The notes under the pieces were generated by a model. It made no database searches, was not told the DNA's origin, and saw nothing but the letters and a program-made list of their open reading frames with translations. From an uncultured Bacteroidota bacterium (GTDB taxonomy: Bacteria > Bacteroidota > Rhodothermia > Rhodothermales > DASSAV01), in NCBI GenBank assembly GCA_963790965.1, contig CAWBQO010000002.1, positions 273,651-337,650 on the forward strand: a stretch of DNA of 64,000 nucleotides, written 5' to 3'. This document shows positions 1-10,700 of this stretch, piece by piece; position 1 is the first letter of the stretch, and each line of letters opens with the position of its first letter. A program made the translations under genes and the position numbers.

Positions 1-747
1 CAATCTTGCCACCACCATCCCGCCTGCCAGCTCGCCCATGCCGAGGATCCAGAACGGCATCAGCTTGCCGACAATGAACTGGTACTTTTTGATGGGCGCG
101 ACGTTGAGTTGCTCGATCGTTCCGGTTTCCTTTTCGCGGACGATGTTCATGGCGGTCAGCAGTCCGCCGATGATGGTCACGAGCAGCACAAGAATACCGG
201 GCACCATGTAGGCCGGATAACTCATGTCCGCGTTGAACCAGTATCGCCCGATCACCTCTACCCTTGGCTGATCCGGACCCGGAGGCGGCACCAACCCGCG
301 CTCCGCCGCCAGTTCTTTACCGACGCTGCCGGTGATGGCCGTGACGTAGGCGAGCGCGATGCCCGCCGCCGCTCCATCCTCCGCGTCGATCGAAATCAGG
401 ACGGGGGACGGACCTTCGGTAAGCAAGCGCCGCTCGAATCCCCTGGGTATCTCCAGGATCATGCCCGCGCGTCGGCGGAGGAGGTCTTCTTCGGCTAAAC
501 GGGCGGAGGCCGAGCGGCGCTCGATGCGGAAGTACCCGGAGGCTTCGAGCGCCTGCGCGAGCCGGTAGGAGGCCGTCGAGGCGTCAAGGTCTACGAGATG
601 AACGCTCACATTGCGCACCTCGAACGTTGCTGCAAATCCGAGCACGACAAGCTGCAGCACCGGCATGATGACGATGATCGGCAGCATCGCCCGATTGCGG
701 AAGATCTGCAGAAACTCCTTTTGAAGGATGTAAAGCACCGTGCGCAT
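1..747 (-). CDS. ABC-2 type transporter permease (YbhR/YbhS-like), 3' end cut by window edge
   Basis: Not in the ORF track because it is open-ended. My own reverse-strand translation from ATG at 747-745 reads MRTVLYILQKEFLQIFRNRAMLPIIVIMPVLQLVVLGFAATFEV...NIVREKETGTIEQLNVAPI. The N-terminal TM helix, large periplasmic loop and REKExGT motif are typical of ABC-2 permeases. The start lies 6 nt after the stop of the upstream paralogue. Confidence 0.85.
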   Translation of the reverse strand, partial: MRTVLYILQKEFLQIFRNRAMLPIIVIMPVLQLVVLGFAATFEVRNVSVHLVDLDASTASYRLAQALEASGYFRIERRSASARLAEEDLLRRRAGMILEIPRGFERRLLTEGPSPVLISIDAEDGAAAGIALAYVTAITGSVGKELAAERGLVPPPGPDQPRVEVIGRYWFNADMSYPAYMVPGILVLLVTIIGGLLTAMNIVREKETGTIEQLNVAPIKKYQFIVGKLMPFWILGMGELAGGMVVARL

Positions 748-752
748 GGCCG

Positions 753-1895
753 CTACCCGTCCAGGCGAATGTTCAGGCTCCGCACGCCCGCAATCAGCAG
801 GAGGAGACACATGCCCCCCAGCACGGCGGTTTCCTTCCAGATGTACGCTATCCCGAGGCCCTTCAGCATGATGCCGCGCAAGATGAGCAGAAACCACTTC
901 GCCGGGACGATATTGCTGATCCACTGCAGCGGTTCGGGCATACTTGCTATCGGAAAAATGAAGCCCGAGAGCAGCAGCGTCGGAAGGAGCAATCCGACGA
1001 GCGAAATCATCATGGCCGTCTGCTGACTCGACGTGCGGGTGGAAATGAGCACGCCGAGCGCGAGCGCCGTGAGGATAAAAAGCAGGGACTCGAGCGCCAG
1101 CAGCACCGCGCTGCCCCGCATCGGCACGCCGAAGACGACGCGCGCCAGAATGAGAATCGACGCGGCGTTGACCGAAGCAAGCGCCACGTACGGAACGACT
1201 TTGCCCGTGATGATTCCCAGCGGCCTCAGCGGCGAGACGAGCAGCGTCTCCATCGTGCCCGTCTCTTTCTCGCGCGCGATGGTGATGGACGTCATGAGCG
1301 CCGAAACGAGCATGAGGATGAACGCGGTCAGGCCGGGGACGAAGAGATAGACACTTTCTAGCGTCTGGTTGAACCGCATCCGAACGACCGGCTCGACGCG
1401 CGGCGCGGCGGGAAGGCCGACCTTTTCGGCGGCAAACCCGCTTATGACCTGCGTCGCGTAGGCTTCAACGGTGCGCGCGTAATTGGGATCGGTCGCGTCC
1501 ATCACAAGCTCAACTTGTGCAACGCCCTCGGAGGCAAGCCGCGCGGCAAAATCGGGCGCTATGATCAGCGCCTGCTTCCCCTTTCCCGTGCGAAAGAACG
1601 CTTCGAGACCGGCTTCCGAGGGGAGGCGGTCAACAATATCAAATGTTTCCGTCGCGCCGAAGCGAGCCACGAGTTCCTGAGACAAGTAATCATTCGCGTG
1701 GTCGACGACGGCCAGATGCACGTCCGTCACTTCATTGCGGATGGCAAAGCCGAAAAGAAGCAGCTGAGCGAGCGGCATCCCGAAGAGGATGAGCAGCGTC
1801 CGCCGGTCACGCAGAATATGGCGGACTTCCTTCAGGATGAAGCCCCCGAGCGCGCTCCGGCGATGTGGGTCGATGTTTTCCTTTGGCGCGTTCAT
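753..1895 (-). CDS. ABC-2 type transporter permease (YbhS/YbhR-like)
   Basis: 380-aa ORF with the motifs ILKEVRHILRDRRTLLILFGMPL and TIAREKETGTMETLLVSPL and a multi-TM C-terminal half. It overlaps the upstream ATPase gene by 4 nt. Confidence 0.9.
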   Translation of the reverse strand: MNAPKENIDPHRRSALGGFILKEVRHILRDRRTLLILFGMPLAQLLLFGFAIRNEVTDVHLAVVDHANDYLSQELVARFGATETFDIVDRLPSEAGLEAFFRTGKGKQALIIAPDFAARLASEGVAQVELVMDATDPNYARTVEAYATQVISGFAAEKVGLPAAPRVEPVVRMRFNQTLESVYLFVPGLTAFILMLVSALMTSITIAREKETGTMETLLVSPLRPLGIITGKVVPYVALASVNAASILILARVVFGVPMRGSAVLLALESLLFILTALALGVLISTRTSSQQTAMMISLVGLLLPTLLLSGFIFPIASMPEPLQWISNIVPAKWFLLILRGIMLKGLGIAYIWKETAVLGGMCLLLLIAGVRSLNIRLDG

Positions 1896-2632
1896 GCACG
1901 GGCACCGGAAGCGGCGGGGCGGGCCAGGCGGAGGAAAACTTCGTCCATAGAGGCGGCTTCGTACGCCCTCTTCAGCTCACCGGGCGTGCCGTAAGCCTCG
2001 ATTCGCCCGTCCACCATAATGGAGATGCGGTCGCAGTAGGCGGCCTCGTCCATGTAGTGCGTCGTGACGAGAACGGTTGTGCCGGAAGCCGCTTCCTCGT
2101 AGATCATCTCCCAGAACTGTCGCCGGGTGATCGGGTCCACGCCGCCGGTCGGCTCGTCCAGAAAGATGACGCTCGGGCGATGCAGCACCGCGACGGAAAA
2201 AGCGAGTTTCTGATTCCATCCGGGCGGCAGCGACCCCACCAGCGCATGCTGCACGCCCTGCAAGCCAAGGCGCTCAACCAGCCGATCCGTGCGCTCTTTG
2301 ATTTCCGACTTGCTCAGGCCGTATATACCCCCGAAGAAGCGCGTGTTCTCGCGAACGGTAAGGTCCGGGTAGAGCGAGAACCGCTGACTCATGTACCCTA
2401 TGCGGGCCTTGATCTCCTCGGGTTCGCGGCTCACGTCGAACCCTGCAACGGAAGCCTGCCCGGACGTCGGTGCCAGCAGGCCGGTCAGCAATCTGATGGC
2501 TGTGGTCTTGCCCGCGCCGTTGGCCCCGAGGAAGCCGAGGATTTCGCCGGCTTCCACGGAGAAGGAGATGCCGTCAACAGCGGTGAAGGTGCCAAACTGC
2601 TTTGTGAGATCCTGTACGTCGATGACTTTCAT
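1892..2632 (-). CDS. ABC transporter ATP-binding protein (second of two split YbhF-like ATPases)
   Basis: Walker A GANGAGKTT, Walker B VIFLDEPTGGVD, H-loop TTHYMDEA. It overlaps both neighbours by 4 nt. Confidence 0.93.
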   Translation of the reverse strand: MKVIDVQDLTKQFGTFTAVDGISFSVEAGEILGFLGANGAGKTTAIRLLTGLLAPTSGQASVAGFDVSREPEEIKARIGYMSQRFSLYPDLTVRENTRFFGGIYGLSKSEIKERTDRLVERLGLQGVQHALVGSLPPGWNQKLAFSVAVLHRPSVIFLDEPTGGVDPITRRQFWEMIYEEAASGTTVLVTTHYMDEAAYCDRISIMVDGRIEAYGTPGELKRAYEAASMDEVFLRLARPAASGARA

Positions 2633-3591
2633 GCGGCAGTCCCTGTTTCGCTCAGAAGGGCGATGAAAGCATCTTCGACCGTCGGCTCGATGGGACGCAC
2701 GAGCGCGTCCGCAACTCCATTTTCGCTCAGGTAGGCGCGAAGGTCGTCCGGGTCGGCGCTGGGCCGGCGGTCCGCGTAGTGGAATGTTTCGCCAAACGGC
2801 TGCACGGAGGCGGCGTGCGGGTAGTCGCGCAGCAGCGCGGCGAGGCGGACGCGGCCGGACGCGGACACGGCCAGCAGCGGCTGCCGAAATCCGGCCGCTA
2901 CGGCCTTCGGCGTGTTCGCCTCGGAAAGTTTTCCGTTTTGCATCAGCGCGATGCGGTCGCAGCGGGAGGCTTCGTCCATGTACGGCGTAGAGACGAGAAT
3001 GGTAAGGCCTCGCTCACGCAGCCGGGCAAGCATCTCCCAGAACTCGACGCGAGAGACGGCATCGACGCCGGTGGTCGGCTCGTCGAGGAAGAGCAATTCC
3101 GGCTCGTGGATGAGCGCGCAGCTAAGCGCAAGCTTCTGCTTCATGCCGCCCGAAAGCGCCGCCGCCCGCCGGTCCTTAAACGGCTCGATCTGCCGGTATA
3201 TGTCCTTTATCAGTTCGTAATTCTCCTCCAGACTCGTCCCGAACACCGACGCGAAGAAGCGCACGTTCTCTTCGACCGTTAGATCCGGGTAAAGCGAAAA
3301 GCGTCCGGGCATATAGCCGACGCGGCGGCGCACTTCCCGGAAGTCGCGCTGCACGTCGAAGCCGAGCACGCGCGCGGCACCGGCGTCGGGCAGGAGCAGC
3401 GTAAGCAGGAGCCGGAAAAGCGTGGTTTTCCCCGCGCCGTCAGGACCGATGAGTCCGAAGATCTCGCCCGGCCGAAGGCTGAGGAAAGCCTGATCGACGG
3501 CAGTCGTTTTGCCGAAGCGCCGGGTGAGTCCTTCGGCCCACAGCGGCGGCTCCGCGCCCGGGGGCGCTGAGGCTTGCGGTCTAAGGCTCAT
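2629..3591 (-). CDS. ABC transporter ATP-binding protein (first of two split YbhF-like ATPases)
   Basis: Walker A GPDGAGKTT, signature LSGGMKQKL, Walker B LLFLDEPTTGVD, H-loop STPYMDEA. Confidence 0.93.
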   Translation of the reverse strand: MSLRPQASAPPGAEPPLWAEGLTRRFGKTTAVDQAFLSLRPGEIFGLIGPDGAGKTTLFRLLLTLLLPDAGAARVLGFDVQRDFREVRRRVGYMPGRFSLYPDLTVEENVRFFASVFGTSLEENYELIKDIYRQIEPFKDRRAAALSGGMKQKLALSCALIHEPELLFLDEPTTGVDAVSRVEFWEMLARLRERGLTILVSTPYMDEASRCDRIALMQNGKLSEANTPKAVAAGFRQPLLAVSASGRVRLAALLRDYPHAASVQPFGETFHYADRRPSADPDDLRAYLSENGVADALVRPIEPTVEDAFIALLSETGTAA

Positions 3592-4486
3592 CGATCAGCA
3601 CCTCTCCGGGCATTCCGATCTTCAGAAGCCCGGACGCATTCGGCACTCGAATTTTCACGGCGTAGACATGCGTGACGCGCTCTTCCTTCGTCTGCACCGC
3701 GCGCGGCGTGAACTCCGACCTCGAAGCAATCCACGTGATCGTGCCCGGAAGCGTCTTGTACCCCGTCGCTCCGGAATCCACGCGAACATGGACGCGCTGC
3801 CCGATGTGAAGCCGGGAAACCTGCCCACCGGCGAAGTAGGCGCGAAGCGTAAGCGTATCGAGCGGCGCGATCCGGTAGAGCGGCTTGCCGGGCGCAGTAA
3901 GTTCGTACCGCTCCGCGTACTTCTGCAGGACCGTACCCGCAACAGGATTTACGATGCGACTCCGGGAAAGCCGGTCGCCTACCTGCTGCCGCTTGGCGAG
4001 GCTTACGTCAAGCTCGCTCAGCACCGAGGCGTTCTGAGTCCGCACCGCGGCGATGCGTTCCTGAAGCACCGCCACCTGCCCTTCCGCTTCATCGAGCTGC
4101 TGAGACGGCGCGGCGCTGTCGCGCACGAGCTGCGCCAACCGCGCGCGCTCGCGCTCGGCGGTGCGAAGCTGCGCCTCCAGCACCTGTATTTCCGCCAGCG
4201 CACCGCGCGCCCGCGAGCGAACGACCTTCTCCCCGGCCGCGATTTCCTGCCGCTGCAGGGCGAGTTGTACGGTGTCGATCAGGCCGACCGTTGCGCCCCG
4301 GCGCAGGTTTTCTCCTTCCTGCACGTCGAACTGCAGGAGCTGCCCGGATGCCTCTGCAGAAATGAGCACTTCGTCCGCTTCGAAGTTGCCGTAAGCATCG
4401 CTCTCCGCCTCGCCGCTACCGCACGCGGCGACGAGCATGACCGCCGGGAGAACGCACAAGCGTAGGGACAGCAGCAATTTGTTCAT
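3581..4486 (-). CDS. HlyD-family periplasmic adaptor (YbhG-like) lipoprotein
   Basis: The track ORF 3581..4723 is trimmed to the internal start MNKLLLSLRLCVLPAVMLVAACGS, which has a lipobox. It has a coiled-coil middle region and a beta-barrel C-terminus (GMPGEV). The longer start would overlap the TolC gene. Confidence 0.85.
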   Translation of the reverse strand: MNKLLLSLRLCVLPAVMLVAACGSGEAESDAYGNFEADEVLISAEASGQLLQFDVQEGENLRRGATVGLIDTVQLALQRQEIAAGEKVVRSRARGALAEIQVLEAQLRTAERERARLAQLVRDSAAPSQQLDEAEGQVAVLQERIAAVRTQNASVLSELDVSLAKRQQVGDRLSRSRIVNPVAGTVLQKYAERYELTAPGKPLYRIAPLDTLTLRAYFAGGQVSRLHIGQRVHVRVDSGATGYKTLPGTITWIASRSEFTPRAVQTKEERVTHVYAVKIRVPNASGLLKIGMPGEVLIDEP

Positions 4487-4520
4487 AACGAATGGGCGCC
4501 ACGCGAGCGCAGAGAGGGTT

Positions 4521-5774
4521 TCATTCAAGTTCCTGCCCCAGCAGGGTCGCGAGTCCAACCCGTGCCTGCAGGAGCTGGATGCGGTGCTCGTCGCGGGCAA
4601 GGCGCGCCCGATGCGCTTCATTTTCTGCCTCCACGTAGACGGACGCCGTGGCGGTGCCCCTTTCCAGTCGAATGGCCGTCTCACGGGCAATGGCCTCCCG
4701 CAGCGCCACGATCTCATCGTCAAGGCGGATCACGGAGGAGAGCCGGTCCATGTCCGAAAGCGCCGCGGCACGCGCGCGGGCCAGTTCATCGGTGAAGGCC
4801 GCCTCCTGCGTGTCGACGAGTCGTTCTTGCATAGCGAGGATCTGCCGTTCGCGCCCGGTCTGCCCCCAGTCCAGAGGTGCCCAGCGGAGCCGAAGGCCTC
4901 CCTGCCAGAAGCCGTGCAGATCGTCGTTGAAGAAGTCGTAGCCGGGACGGCCAAACCCCCCTTGTACAAACGCGGACGCTTGCGGAAGCAGGCGCGAGCG
5001 GAGCATCGAGGATCGGAGCGCGAGGCTTTCCCGCCGCCGCTCGAAAAGGCCATACTCCAGCCGCCCGTCGGGCTTGTCTGGCACCGGCACAACCGACGCA
5101 GGGGCAACCAGGACGGCATCCGCCGTGAGCGGCCGGCCCGTGAGCAGGGCAAGCCGTTCGAGGGCCGAGGCGCGCCGAGCGGCCAGCTCGACTTCCTGTT
5201 GCTGAACGCGGAGCCGCTCCACCCGGAGCGCATCGACTTCGCTCGGCAGCGCAACACCCGCCTGCAGCCGGGCACGCAGCGTCCGGAGGCGCACGTCCAG
5301 GTTTTCGCCCAGGATTTCCAGGGATGCCGTGCCCGCGTCGGCAAGGAGGACGCCCATATACGCAGCATTTACGGCTTCGCGGAGCCTGTCGAGTTCGACG
5401 AGGATCGCCTGCTCCTCGACCTCCATCTGAGCGCGTTCGGCGGCAAGACCCGCTGCCGTGGCCCCGCCGTCGTAAAGCGTCTGCTCGGCGTTCAGGATGG
5501 CGCTGTAATGATCCTTGCTGAACTCGGGCAGACGCCCACCCGGCAGGCTGAACGGCAATTGGGGCACCTCCGACTGGTAAGTGGCCGATCCAGCGCCTGA
5601 AAGCTGCGGACGCCAGACGTTGCGGATGTTCGCTCTGCGCAGCGCCGAAAGCTGCTCCTGTAGCGCCAGCTGGCTGAAGCGGGCGTCTGAACGGATCGCC
5701 TCGCGCTGCAGATCGGCGAGCCGCAGCGTATCGGGTGGACTGATCCAGAGCAGGAGCGCGAAGATCCACGTCAT
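4521..5774 (-). CDS. TolC-like outer-membrane efflux protein
   Basis: The track ORF is trimmed to MTWIFALLLWISPP, which forms an ATGA overlap with the TetR stop at 5771-5774. It shows the two-repeat alpha-helical OEP pattern (LRLADLQREAIRSDARF..., RVERLRVQQQEVELAARR...). Confidence 0.85.
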   Translation of the reverse strand: MTWIFALLLWISPPDTLRLADLQREAIRSDARFSQLALQEQLSALRRANIRNVWRPQLSGAGSATYQSEVPQLPFSLPGGRLPEFSKDHYSAILNAEQTLYDGGATAAGLAAERAQMEVEEQAILVELDRLREAVNAAYMGVLLADAGTASLEILGENLDVRLRTLRARLQAGVALPSEVDALRVERLRVQQQEVELAARRASALERLALLTGRPLTADAVLVAPASVVPVPDKPDGRLEYGLFERRRESLALRSSMLRSRLLPQASAFVQGGFGRPGYDFFNDDLHGFWQGGLRLRWAPLDWGQTGRERQILAMQERLVDTQEAAFTDELARARAAALSDMDRLSSVIRLDDEIVALREAIARETAIRLERGTATASVYVEAENEAHRARLARDEHRIQLLQARVGLATLLGQELE

Positions 5775-6376
5775 GGTCGTAGCCCGTTCAAGAAGAAGTC
5801 GGCCAGCGTGGCCCGGCGCTCCGCGACGAAGGCGTCGAAGCGGTCGCCCTCCACGCCGAGGATTGCGCCAAGCATCGGACGCGCGAGGAACGGGAAGACG
5901 CAAAGGCCCAGCAGGTTCACGATGAACTGCTCCGTGCTGATCGGACGCATCCTTCCGGCCTGAACCTCTTCCTCAATCTGCCGGCTCAGTTGGGCCGTGT
6001 CGAAAGGCACGAGCGGCCGAACGATCTCCTGAAGGCGTCCGGGATTCCGGCTCATCTCGGAAAGAACAAAGCCCACCACAAACGGCTGCTCGCTCATCAG
6101 GTCGAGGTACGTGTGGACGAGCTTTTCCACCTTCGCGGGCAGCGGTTCGTCGCCCGAAAACGCGAGCGCGATGCTACCGAACACGTGCGGAGCCACGCCG
6201 CGGAAGACGGACTCAAACAGGAGGTCCTTGCTGCGAAAGTAATAGTGCAACATCGCCTTGTTGATGCCTGCGCGGTCCGCAATGTCCTGCATCCGGCTTC
6301 CGGCAAAACCGCGCTCGATGAACACCGCGCGTGCGGCTTCAAAGATCTTCTTTTCGGTGTCGGGTTCTTTGTCCAT
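5771..6376 (-). CDS. TetR/AcrR family transcriptional regulator (CecR/YbiH-like position)
   Basis: The N-terminal HTH IFEAARAVFIERGFAGSRMQDIADRAGINKAMLHYYFRSKDLLF is a textbook TetR_N domain. It is the first gene of the efflux operon. Confidence 0.9.
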   Translation of the reverse strand: MDKEPDTEKKIFEAARAVFIERGFAGSRMQDIADRAGINKAMLHYYFRSKDLLFESVFRGVAPHVFGSIALAFSGDEPLPAKVEKLVHTYLDLMSEQPFVVGFVLSEMSRNPGRLQEIVRPLVPFDTAQLSRQIEEEVQAGRMRPISTEQFIVNLLGLCVFPFLARPMLGAILGVEGDRFDAFVAERRATLADFFLNGLRP

Positions 6377-6388
6377 GCGCCCTGTCGA

Positions 6389-6404
6389 TTAACCACGTGG
6401 TTAA
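6389..6404. promoter_or_regulatory. Perfect 16-bp palindrome TTAACCACGTGGTTAA, candidate TetR operator
   Basis: Read directly in the sequence. It lies 13 nt upstream of the TetR start codon, in the divergent TetR/aroB intergenic region, and is AT-rich against a GC-rich background. Confidence 0.45.
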
Positions 6405-6544
6405 ACTACTTAGTTAATTTGCGAAAGTCAAGCGACAACGTGAAATCGAGCCAGAAAAACTTGCGGTCCGGGAAGGGCGTACTTGTTTGGACACTGAGGG
6501 GCGACTGGAGTATGTTGCCTCTCCACCTATCCAGCCCCTCGAGA

Positions 6545-7642
6545 ATGCCGACAGACCCCACGCTTGATCCGATTACCGTAGCAGCCCCCGGGGGAGCCTA
6601 CAGCATTGTTTTCGATGCGCTTGAGCGCCTGCCAAACCATCTTGCCACAGCCGGGCTTCGCCGGGGCCGCTGCCTGGTCGTCACGGACGAGCACGTGCAG
6701 CGACGCTACCTCGCAGGCGTATTGGCGGCGCTTCAACAGAGCGGCTGGGAGGGCCAGGCCATTGTCCTCCCTCCGGGAGAAGAATCAAAATCCTACGGCC
6801 GGCTTCACGAGATCTACGACCGTGCGCTTTCGTGGGGCATTGACCGGAAGACGCCGGTGCTTGCGCTCGGCGGCGGCGTCGTCGGCGACCTCGCGGGCTT
6901 CGCCGCCGCCACGCTGCTTCGAGGTCTACCTTTCGTTCAGATCCCCACGACGGTCATCGCTCAGGTCGATAGCGCGATCGGCGGCAAGACGGGCATCAAC
7001 CATTCAGCGGGAAAGAACCTCATTGGTGCCTTCCACCAGCCTGCGCTCGTCCTGGCCGACGTTTTAACGCTCGATACGCTGACCGATCGCGACTATGCCA
7101 GCGGCCTCGCCGAGGCCGTCAAGCACGCCATCATTGCGGACGAAGCGCTCTTCGGATGGGCAAGCGACCACATTGACCGCTTGCTCGGACGCGACCGGAG
7201 CGTACTGCCGCACTTCATCCACCGAGCCGTGCGTATAAAGGCGTCTGTGGTTGAGGAAGACGAGCGCGAAACGGGCCGGCGCGCAATCCTCAACTTCGGC
7301 CACACGTTTGCGCACGCCATCGAGAAGGTGGCGGGCTACGGCCGGTTCACGCACGGCGAGGCCGTTGTTACAGGGATGCGGGCGGCAACGTGGCTTTCGC
7401 ACCAACTCCATCCAGGCGTCCCCCGCGACGCTATTGACAACCTGCTCAGCCGCATTCCTGTCCAAGGATCGCTCCGCGGCATGAACGCGGAGTCGCTCCG
7501 AGTGTCCATGTTTAGCGACAAGAAGACGGAAGGGGGGCAGCTGCGCCTCGTTCTCATCGACCAACTCGGCCATGCTTATGTGCGCGAGGACGTTCCTATG
7601 GCGACTGTCGAGGAGGCCTGGGCTTACGTCTGCGCGCTGTAG
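6545..7642 (+). CDS. aroB: 3-dehydroquinate synthase
   Basis: GGGVVGDLAGFAAATLLRGLPFVQIPTTVIAQVDSAIGGKTGINH and the downstream NFGHTFAHAIE motif. The track ORF starts at 5990 but its 5' part overlaps the TetR gene. Plausible starts are 6545 (MPTDPT) or 6512 (MLPLHL). Confidence 0.9.
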   Translation: MPTDPTLDPITVAAPGGAYSIVFDALERLPNHLATAGLRRGRCLVVTDEHVQRRYLAGVLAALQQSGWEGQAIVLPPGEESKSYGRLHEIYDRALSWGIDRKTPVLALGGGVVGDLAGFAAATLLRGLPFVQIPTTVIAQVDSAIGGKTGINHSAGKNLIGAFHQPALVLADVLTLDTLTDRDYASGLAEAVKHAIIADEALFGWASDHIDRLLGRDRSVLPHFIHRAVRIKASVVEEDERETGRRAILNFGHTFAHAIEKVAGYGRFTHGEAVVTGMRAATWLSHQLHPGVPRDAIDNLLSRIPVQGSLRGMNAESLRVSMFSDKKTEGGQLRLVLIDQLGHAYVREDVPMATVEEAWAYVCAL

Positions 7643-7760
7643 CGGGTGAAAGGGTTCCGGGTCACGAAAGCGCCTTATCTTCAGGCATCGTTGTTGTTGA
7701 TTTCATAGATCTTATGTTCTCCCGCGCAGCCTTCCGCGTGCGCTTCGTTTTACTTTTGCC

Positions 7761-10700
7761 TTGAAGCACCTTTTCCACATCAGCCGCGCCGCCGTGAGCG
7801 CCGTCCTTGTGCTGCTTGCGGCAGTGGTGATCCTTTTCTTCACCCTTACGCGAACGGAAGTCGGCCGCGACCAGTTGCGCCGGGAGGCTGAGGTGCAGTT
7901 CGGCAATGCCTTTGAAGGACGGTTGGAGATCGACCACCTGACGGGCAACCTGCTCCGCGATCTTTTCGCAAGCGGCGTGCGCCTGCGCGATGAAGACGGA
8001 AATGTCATCGTGACGGTGGATTCGGTCGTCGTGCGTCCGCGCTGGCGCGATCTTTTCAGCCGCTCCCTTTCCTTTGGTGAAATTACGCTGGTCCGGCCCG
8101 AAGTCGTTCTTGAGCGCACGGAAGCGGGCAACTGGACGGTCGAGGATGCGCTCCGGCCACGGCGCGCGCGCTCGGGCGGCGGAACTGCAGCGCCCTGGTC
8201 CTTCTCCTCTGCGGAAGTGCAGGTGTTCGACGGGCGCTTCCGGACGGTCAACCGGGGCGGCGTGCCCGATGCCGTGGCTGCGGGGCGGTTGTTCGACTAC
8301 GCGAACGCGGAGGTCGAGAACATCGATGCCCTCGGTGAAGTCGTTTGGACGCAGAACGAGCGGTCCGTTCAGATCGATAGGTTATCGGCCCGCTGGGCCG
8401 ACGAGGGTCTGCGGCTGCATCTCTTCGACAGCGCTTTTCGGCTGGAGGAGGACGCGGCCATTGTCGAGTCTCTGACCCTGTCGGCGGGCGACCTGAGGCT
8501 GGTGGCCTCCGGCGCATACGGCTCCCCCACCGCCTCGCGGCAGCGTGGATGGGGGCAGGCGGCCATCGAGTTGAACATCGACGCGGCGCACCTCGCATTC
8601 GATGATCTGCGACGGTTCTTTCCCGCCATTCCCTTGAGGGACGCAGTGGATGCGGAGGGCATCGTTGATGGGACACTCGCATCGCTCCGTTTGGATGGGC
8701 TTGAGGTGGCGCGCGGGGCGTCGCGGGTGCAGATTGCCGGATCGGTGACGGGACTGCCGGACAGCGCCGCATATCGACTCAAGCTGTCCCCTTCCACCCT
8801 GACGGCGACCGACATTCAGGCGGTCGCTCCACAACTGGATGCCCGGAAGTACGCCGCGCTCGGGACCGTCCGCGCCCGTGCTGATCTTCGGGGAACATAC
8901 GTCCTGCCGCGTGGAGAGCAGCAGTGGCGACTCGCGTCGACCTCCGACCTCACGATCCGCAGCGCCGCCGGTGACATAGCGGGCAAGGTCGTGATCGCGG
9001 GCGGTGCCGGGCGGCAGCCTTTGGTCGAGCTGGCGCTCCGTCTGGACGGCGTCGATCCCGCACCCGTTCTGCAGAATGCGGAGCTTGCCGGGCGGCTGAG
9101 CGGGTCCGTCAAGTTGAACGTGAGCCGATGGCAGCCGGAGCATCTGACAGGCGCGCTGGCGCTCCAGTTAACTGAGTCCACCTTTGCCGGGCGGCGCATC
9201 GACAGCCTTTCAGTGCGGGGCGAGGCGCGAGAAGGAGCCTTGGACGCGCTTGTACTGCTTCAGCAAGGCACGGGCCGGCTGAGCGCGCGCGGCAACCTGC
9301 AGCTGGCCGCCTCGCAGCCGCGCTACCATGCCGAGGTGCGCGCCTCCCGCGTCGACCTTGGCCGTTTGCTGTTGACCGACTCGCTTTCCACCGCCTTGAA
9401 CGGTACGCTCTCCGTCGATGGGGAGAGTTTCCGGTTGGCGGCGCTCAGGGCGCAGGCGACGCTTAGCCTCGACTCATCGCGCGTTACGGTCGGTGGCGAC
9501 GAGCGGTATGTTGCGCCGGGCGCGCTATCCGCTGAACTCGTGCAGACCGGTGAGGCACCGCATTTCACCCTTGCGGGAGACGCAGGCGACGTGTCGCTCA
9601 CAGGCGACGTGTCGGTGGAGCCGCTGCTTGCGCTCGTCCGCCAGTGGCAGGCGGCGGTGGCGATAGAAGTCGCCCGCGAACTGAACAAGCCGCGGTCGCA
9701 GGCGGGCATCCTCGCGGCGGAGGCGACTGCGCTGCGAAGCGACGATGCGGCGCACGTCGGCGGGCTGCGGGCGCGTTCGCTTCGCGTTCTCGATCGGGCC
9801 GGCCGCACCGGGGCGATGAATCTCGCGCTTCAGGTCCGCCTTAAAGAATCCGGTCTGCTCGGCTCGCTCTTCCCCGCCATCCGCTACGTAGCACCGGGAA
9901 CGGCAGCGGAGGCCGAGTTGACCATCGGCCCGGACAACTTCGAGCTTGCGGGATCCGCGCGGACCGACTCGGCGGGAACGAGCGGCGCGTACGTCCGCCG
10001 CGCCCAGGTGACGTTCGGTGCCGGGATGGACACCCTGAGCGCCGGCCCGGCGCGATTCGGCTTGTCGGTGCGGGCCGCGGCAGACACCGTGCGAGCCGTC
10101 GGCCGCAGGTATGCGGACGCAAAGCTGGACCTGAACATCGACGAGGGCGTGGGAGACCTTGAACTCACCGCCCGAAATACCGAATCCGAGGCCGCCCTCC
10201 GCCTCGATGCCGGAATCGCCTTGCTGCCGGATCGTAACCGCATCACCCTCAGAACCTTGCAGGCCTTTGCCGGATCGTCTGCCTGGCGGAACGCGGGCAC
10301 GTATACGCTCGACCTGTTTGAGGACGCGCTGGTTGTGCCGGCGCTTACGCTCGCGAGTCGCAGCCAGGCGGTGGACGTGACGCAGCGCATCACGCTCTCC
10401 GGAGCCTTGTCCTCTGCAGAAGAAGACACGGTGCTGGCCGTAATCGAAAACCTCTCCGTGCGGCAGGTATCTGAGGCGCTGCACCTCAAGTACGCCGTCG
10501 GTGGGCTGCTCGATGGGCGGCTGGCCTACACCGGCGGACGCAACAGCCCGGTCGTCACCGGCTTCCTCAACGTGCCGGTGCTCATTTTTGAGGATCAGGC
10601 GGCGGGGCGGCTTGAGATTACGAGCCGGTTCATTCCCGGCTCGCCCGACATCGGTCTTCATGCGAGCTTGTTGCCCCTGAGCGACGCCGACCCGTCGCTG

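Noticed and set aside
5990-6544. 5' extension of the aroB ORF (track start at 5990) and N-terminal extensions of the TolC, HlyD, parA, DLH, RluA, yajC and glycosyltransferase ORFs
   Set aside because: The extensions overlap neighbouring well-supported genes or precede obvious signal peptides or Walker motifs. Internal starts give canonical N-termini, so the shorter models were used.
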